Source: an uncultured Gemmatimonadaceae bacterium
Lineage (GTDB): Bacteria; Gemmatimonadota; Gemmatimonadetes; Gemmatimonadales; Gemmatimonadaceae
Assembly: GCA_963761305.1 (NCBI GenBank)
Contig: CAVXGK010000002.1
Coordinates: 608,001-672,000 of the forward strand
DNA length: 64,000 bases
Direction: 5' to 3'
Under the pieces are notes generated by a model. It was not told the DNA's origin. It saw only the letters and a list, made by a program, of their open reading frames with translations, and made no database searches. A program made the position numbers and the translations under genes. This document shows, in pieces, positions 60,101-64,000 of this stretch; the first letter of the stretch is position 1; each line of letters opens with the position of its first letter.

Positions 60101-60611
60101 CGAATCGAGCCTGAGCAGCACGCTGACCCTCCGACGTAACCTGCGATTCTACGTTCAGTTCGACGGCAAGTCCGGCTACAAGATTTATGACCTGACACAG
60201 GACTTCCGCGATCGCTCATTGGCGAATTCGGCCGAGTCGGTTCTGCCCGCCGGCCAGGGCGGCTATTCGACCGCCGAGCGACTGCGCCGGTTTGGGCCCT
60301 TCTTCACGGAGACCAGCGGGACGCCGGTGGGACAGGCGCTGGTCCGCGATCCGTACATCGTGTCCGGCAATTTCCTTCGGCTGCGCGAGGCAGCGGTGAC
60401 GTTCTCGCTGCCGACGCAAATCGGTGAGCGCCTGGGCATTCCGGGCTCGTCGATCACCGTCGGGGGACGAAATCTCTGGCTCTCGACCAAATACCCGGGA
60501 TGGGATCCGGAGGTGAACGGCGCGGACGGACTGGTCAACCAGTTCCGCGCGGACGTGTTCACGACGCCGCAAAGCCGCAGGCTGTTCACGCGGCTCAACG
60601 TCCAGTTCTGA
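57177..60611 (+). CDS. SusC/RagA-like TonB-dependent transporter with N-terminal signalling (STN-like) domain
   Basis: LDQIVVTG, IRGQASISLSNYPLVFIDG, DIESIEVVKGPAAATLYG, GNANLEPE, C-terminal F; alternative start 57168. Confidence 0.93.
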   Translation: MRTTLRTSALYAAMGSALTLALAARTASAVATRGDAIERRQSDDVLERPARLEVRDVALAMALRDLAHHARVALVYSPSLVPEVTVSCRCAAATTREALETLLVKTTLTFREADGQVMLVPAPLQRFEVPAAGADDTSVPAAITLASSDVSAVPSRRQFADSSIVVGQATSDAGAPIAAALVTIPDLRLSTTTSDAGLFRLVVPPDRYSARIDTLHVVRIGYRPALIPFQLRPGRVVVDVVMSAAAVALDQIVVTGTAGNQERRAQAAVVASVDATDLMAKAPVLDVSQLLYAQTPGVSMTTASGTSGANTRIDIRGQASISLSNYPLVFIDGVRVTAGPRGTAGSGVGGQTLSALNDLNPDDIESIEVVKGPAAATLYGADASAGVIQILTKKGRPGARRFSQKVTLEYDNLSPNFTPYTNYAKCTATLVAATSTNPLCNGQAVGAVVSDNVLVRNDVFTNGSAGTLGYSVQGGGDNFGYYGSFDATNEQGTTPDNFLNHRSGRINFTWIATPKVSVDASVSVARMDDKLPKGDQDTDGFLLGGDFGSPLSVTRDPTGALAGGWFIASENVQAISAINTEDNTLRATPSVQLHYTPVSWFTNRLTLGEDFTHILASQLYPKNNLNWYSSLQNTGVISVSESDANLYTADYLGNLSGRFGPAGRMSSDFSFGSQWINTVSSGLGGVGTGLLTNTNDVVGAATTSTASQSYAQSKSFGYFGQEQLGLNDRLFLEAGARVDRNSAFGKNYGAFFLPKAGISYVLSQEPFWQERLSNISTFRLRAAYGTTGRSPSSTAALQTYSKANYITDAGVVQPGVSPGSPGNANLEPERGSEFEGGFDAGFLHDRVGLEATYFDKRSKNLLLSLPIAPSSGFSSSPLVNIGEVSNKGYELSLRATPVSTRNVTWDFTATANTVQNRIENMGSVAPFVSSNNQCFKPGMEVGAWCVPQVVRVDTVANKAFVTDTAVNVGGQLAKFESSLSSTLTLRRNLRFYVQFDGKSGYKIYDLTQDFRDRSLANSAESVLPAGQGGYSTAERLRRFGPFFTETSGTPVGQALVRDPYIVSGNFLRLREAAVTFSLPTQIGERLGIPGSSITVGGRNLWLSTKYPGWDPEVNGADGLVNQFRADVFTTPQSRRLFTRLNVQF

Positions 60612-60621
60612 GAAGACGCCA

Positions 60622-61868
60622 ATGACCTCAATCAAATCGGCGTGTGTGTCCGCCGCTCTCGCGCTCCTCGCGCTGTCGTCGTTTGCCTGCAACATGGACG
60701 TTATCAATCCCGGCGTCGTCGACGCCACGACGTTCGATCCGACGCAGGATGCGTCGACGCTGTCGCTGTCTGCGCAATCGAATCTGTACAAGGGATACGG
60801 TAACCTCATCTACTACTCGGCCTTCCTCTCCGGTGAGGCGAGCGTCGGCGCCGTTCGGCAGGAGACGAACGACATCGGTCGACGCGTCGAGAGCGCGGCG
60901 ACGGCCGACGTCGCCAGCGTCTGGTCGCCGCTTCAGAAATCGCTCGCAACCAACGAGCTCGCCATTCCGGTATTGTTGGCTGGGGCATCGGCGGCGTCGG
61001 ACATCAACCTGGCGCGCGTCGAGATGAACTCGGGCTTCTCGCTCGTGCTGCTCGGCGAGACGTTCTGTCAGGGAGACATTCTCGTCGGTCCGCCGCTCAC
61101 GCCGACGCAGGTCCTCGATACCGCCATTGTGCGATTCACGAAGGCGATTGCCGTCGGTACCGCGGCGGCAGCGGCGGGCGTGACCGAGGGCACCAAGGTG
61201 GTGAACGCGTCTAACGTCGGCTTGGCGCGCGCATACCTCCAGATCGGAGACAACGCGCACGCGGCGCAGGCTGCCGCGCTCGTTCCGTCGACGTTCGTCT
61301 ACAACGCGGTCGCGATCGACGACGCCAGCAACCGCACGCTCGGCAATCTCGTCTACCAGTACGATATCGGCGGAAACCTGATCGTGGTGCCCGATGCCTA
61401 CCGTGCGCTGAACGATCCGCGCGTGCCGTGGAAGGATGCGGCGAAGAAGGCCCAGGACTCGCAGCTCGAGTACTTCCAGCAACTCAAATTCACGGGTACG
61501 CCACGCCCATTCGGATCGCCTCGGGCCTCGAGGCCAGCTACATCGTAGCCGAGGCAAACCTCAAGACGGGCGATGCGACCGCTGCATCGACGTTGATCGC
61601 CGCTCGTCGTGCGGCCAACGGCCAGCCCGCGTTCACGGGTGTCGGAACGCCGGCCATTCTCGCCGAGCTGATGAACCAGCGCGCACGCGAATTCTGGCTC
61701 GAGGCCAAGCACCTGGGCGACTGGATTCGCAATCCGACGGCGACGCCGTTTGTCAGCCCGTCGGGAACGACGTTCTACAAACCGGCGCAAGGGAACTTCG
61801 GCACGAGCACATGCCTTCCTGTGCCGGTCAGCGAGACGACCGCGAACCCCAACTTCCCGAAGACGTGA
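60622..61868 (+). CDS. SusD/RagB-like lipoprotein (apparent 1-nt deletion at ~61497)
   Basis: Lipobox-like SFA-C; GLARAYLQIG; DPRV; then PIRIASGLEASYIVAEA..QRAREFWLE..LPVPVSE..NPN in the next frame. Confidence 0.85.
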
Positions 61869-61875
61869 CGCAGTG

Positions 61876-64000
61876 ATGAGCCGATCTGCTATAGTCGTGC
61901 TGACGGCGCTCGCCCTCGCCGCCGGCGCGAATCGGCACGCGGGTGCGCAGGCACTGGCGAAATCGACCATCGCGCCGACGCCCGAGGCGCTCGCCACTCT
62001 GTTCATGAAGACCTTTTCGTCGGGCACGCCCGAGGAATTCGCGGCCATCGACCCCGACTCGGCGGGGCGCGTCTTCATGCGCGAAGCCCGAGGCACGAGG
62101 GCCGCTGAGTTGAGCGAAGTCGTCTGGAAGAGCGGACGGCGCGCGGTCCTGCTCCTCGGTGGAGTGGTGCGCTCCGGCGCGGGCGGCTCGCGGACCGCGT
62201 CGGTCGGATCGAACGAGACGAATGGCGCCCGGCATTTTTCTGGCTTTTACGAGGCGGTGCGATCCGGCGACAGCTGGGCGATTATCCGCCAGATCCCGTT
62301 CGACAGCACCAACTTCATTCGCACCCAGAACTTGTCGGTGGATGTTTTCCCCGCCGACGGTATCGAGGTCGTGGACACGGTCGGCATCGTGGTCGGTGCG
62401 CCGTGGGATTCGGCGTTCGGCTAAACAACGCGCTCCGCCTCCGTGCCGTGAGCGTCGACGGCAAGCCGGCCGACCACGCGTTCGGCGGAGGCGTGCTCTG
62501 GATCAAGACGCAGCAAGCGCGATCGGCACGGCTCGTTCTCGCGTATTCGCTGGCAGCAAGTCGCGTCAACGCCGGCCGCGGGTCCGACACGGTTGCCGCC
62601 GGATCACCGGCGTTCGGCGCATACAACAACACCGACGTGTGGCATCCGTTCTTCGACTATCTGAGTCCGAACGAGTTGGCGCAGATCGACATCACGGTGC
62701 GGATCCCGGCCGAATACTATCTGACAACGACGATCCCTCAGACCGACACGGTGAGAGAGGGAGTGCGGACGGTGTACGGCCGAAGCCTGCACAACGAGTT
62801 CGCGCTCGCCCTGATCTTCGACCGCGACTGGCGGCCGCGGACTACGGATTTCGGAAGCTTTCGCTTCGAGTCGTTCACGTCGCCGACCTTTCGCTATTCG
62901 CACGACTCGCTGGCAGCGGCCACGAAGCGCGTCTATGACCTGCTGCAACCGAGGTTCGGCGAGCCTCAGTTTCCGTCGCGCTACCTGGCGGCCGTGCAAG
63001 ACCGCGCACTCGGCGCCGGAGGATTCAACGTCCGGATGAACAACGCGGCGGTGTCTGGAGCCGGCGGAGGCTCGCTGGGATCTGCGTCGTCGCAAACGTT
63101 CGCGCACGAGACCGGGCACGCATGGACCATGAACGGAACCGGCCTCGCGTCGAATTTTCTTCACGAAGCGTGGGCCACGTTCGTCGAAGGCCTGATGATC
63201 CGTTCGGTGTACGGCGCCGATGCCGATCACACGTTTTGGGAGTCGATGCGGAACGCGTACATGGTCGGCGCCGACCGAGCGGGGTTTGCAGGCGGGTTCG
63301 AGGGCCAGCAGAGCATTCTGGCGAACTACGACAACGGAAGAATTCACTATCGCAAGGGTGTGTGGATTCTGTACTCGGGCAACTACGTCATGGGGGACTC
63401 GGCGTTCAACCGCGGAATGCGGTTGTTCATCGACGGCATGGGGAAGGGCCCGAGTGGTTACGAGGAGCTGATCGCTTCGTGGTCGAAGGCGGCGGGGCAT
63501 GACATGACGTCGTTCGTGATGCCTTGGCTGCGGAGCAAGTACATCCCCGACATCGACGCCCGGGTGGACGGCGCGCGACTGATCGTCACGCAAAGTCAAC
63601 CCGACGAGCTCTTCGATCTCCCGAAGTTCGAAGTCGAGCTGGCGACGGCGTCCGGGGTGATTCGGCGGACGATCCATCTGGCGCATCGAGCCGACACGCT
63701 TTCACTGCAAGACATCGGCGCCGTGACGGCGGTGCACGTCGACCCGGATCATGATTTTCTCATTCAGCGCCACTGGGGTGAGCCGGTCGTTCGATTCGCT
63801 CTGCCGATGTCGGCGGCCTTGGGGGCTTCCAAGGTCTCGCTGAATGGCACCTTCCTCCGCGCGCCGATCCCCGCCACGGCGACGGGCGACGCATGGGTAG
63901 TCGAGTTGCCAATGAGCGAGGGGCGATACACGTGGTTCTGGCAGCCGGCGGGCGGCCCGACGGCTCCTCCGAATGGCGCGGCCGCGGACTCCACGCTCAC
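61876..64000 (+). CDS. Secreted M1-like (gluzincin) metallopeptidase; frameshift at ~62407, runs off the window end
   Basis: Manual translation after restoring one G: FAHETGHAW (63105-63119), FLHEAWATF, HYRKG, VDPD; frame stays open to 64000. Confidence 0.85.

Noticed and set aside
18010..62410. Programmed frameshifting in rpsB, dusB, susD or the peptidase
   Set aside because: No slippery sites or stimulators seen, the shifts go in both directions, and the pattern fits sequencing indels

Overview
High-GC bacterial window. Gene style and synteny suggest Gemmatimonadota (inference, not verified). Single-base indels, including one in essential rpsB, point to a long-read assembly with residual errors. 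Contents in order: rlmD-like 3' end, biotin carrier and PD40 protein; a phosphate locus (phoU-pstB-pstB-pstA-pstC <> pstS-porin, with candidate GTTAC-N6-GTTAC Pho boxes); a LysR-regulated RND efflux system with a shredded permease; a long core block (rplM-rpsI-rpsB-tsf-pyrH-frr-cdsA-dxr-rseP-rpsO-pnp-M16 peptidase-ald-mreBCD-mrdA-rodA-accD-folC-hisS-proS-lysA-yfcE-guaA); a DUF3667 gene bracketed by 16-bp tandem arrays; PTS IIA, dusB and larB; a repeat-filled 1.1 kb gap; and tmRNA (tag ANNNFALAA). Beyond ssrA lies an accessory region: a broken PadR/ADOP remnant and an ECF sigma-BNR propeller-esterase-hypothetical-FecR-SusC-SusD-M1 peptidase locus that looks like a signal-controlled uptake system with no recognisable CAZyme. 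The least explained structure is non-coding: three families of short tandem repeats (8, 16 and 21 bp). The 16-mer arrays start at stop codons, follow the direction of transcription and build a ~300-nt inverted repeat between convergent genes.
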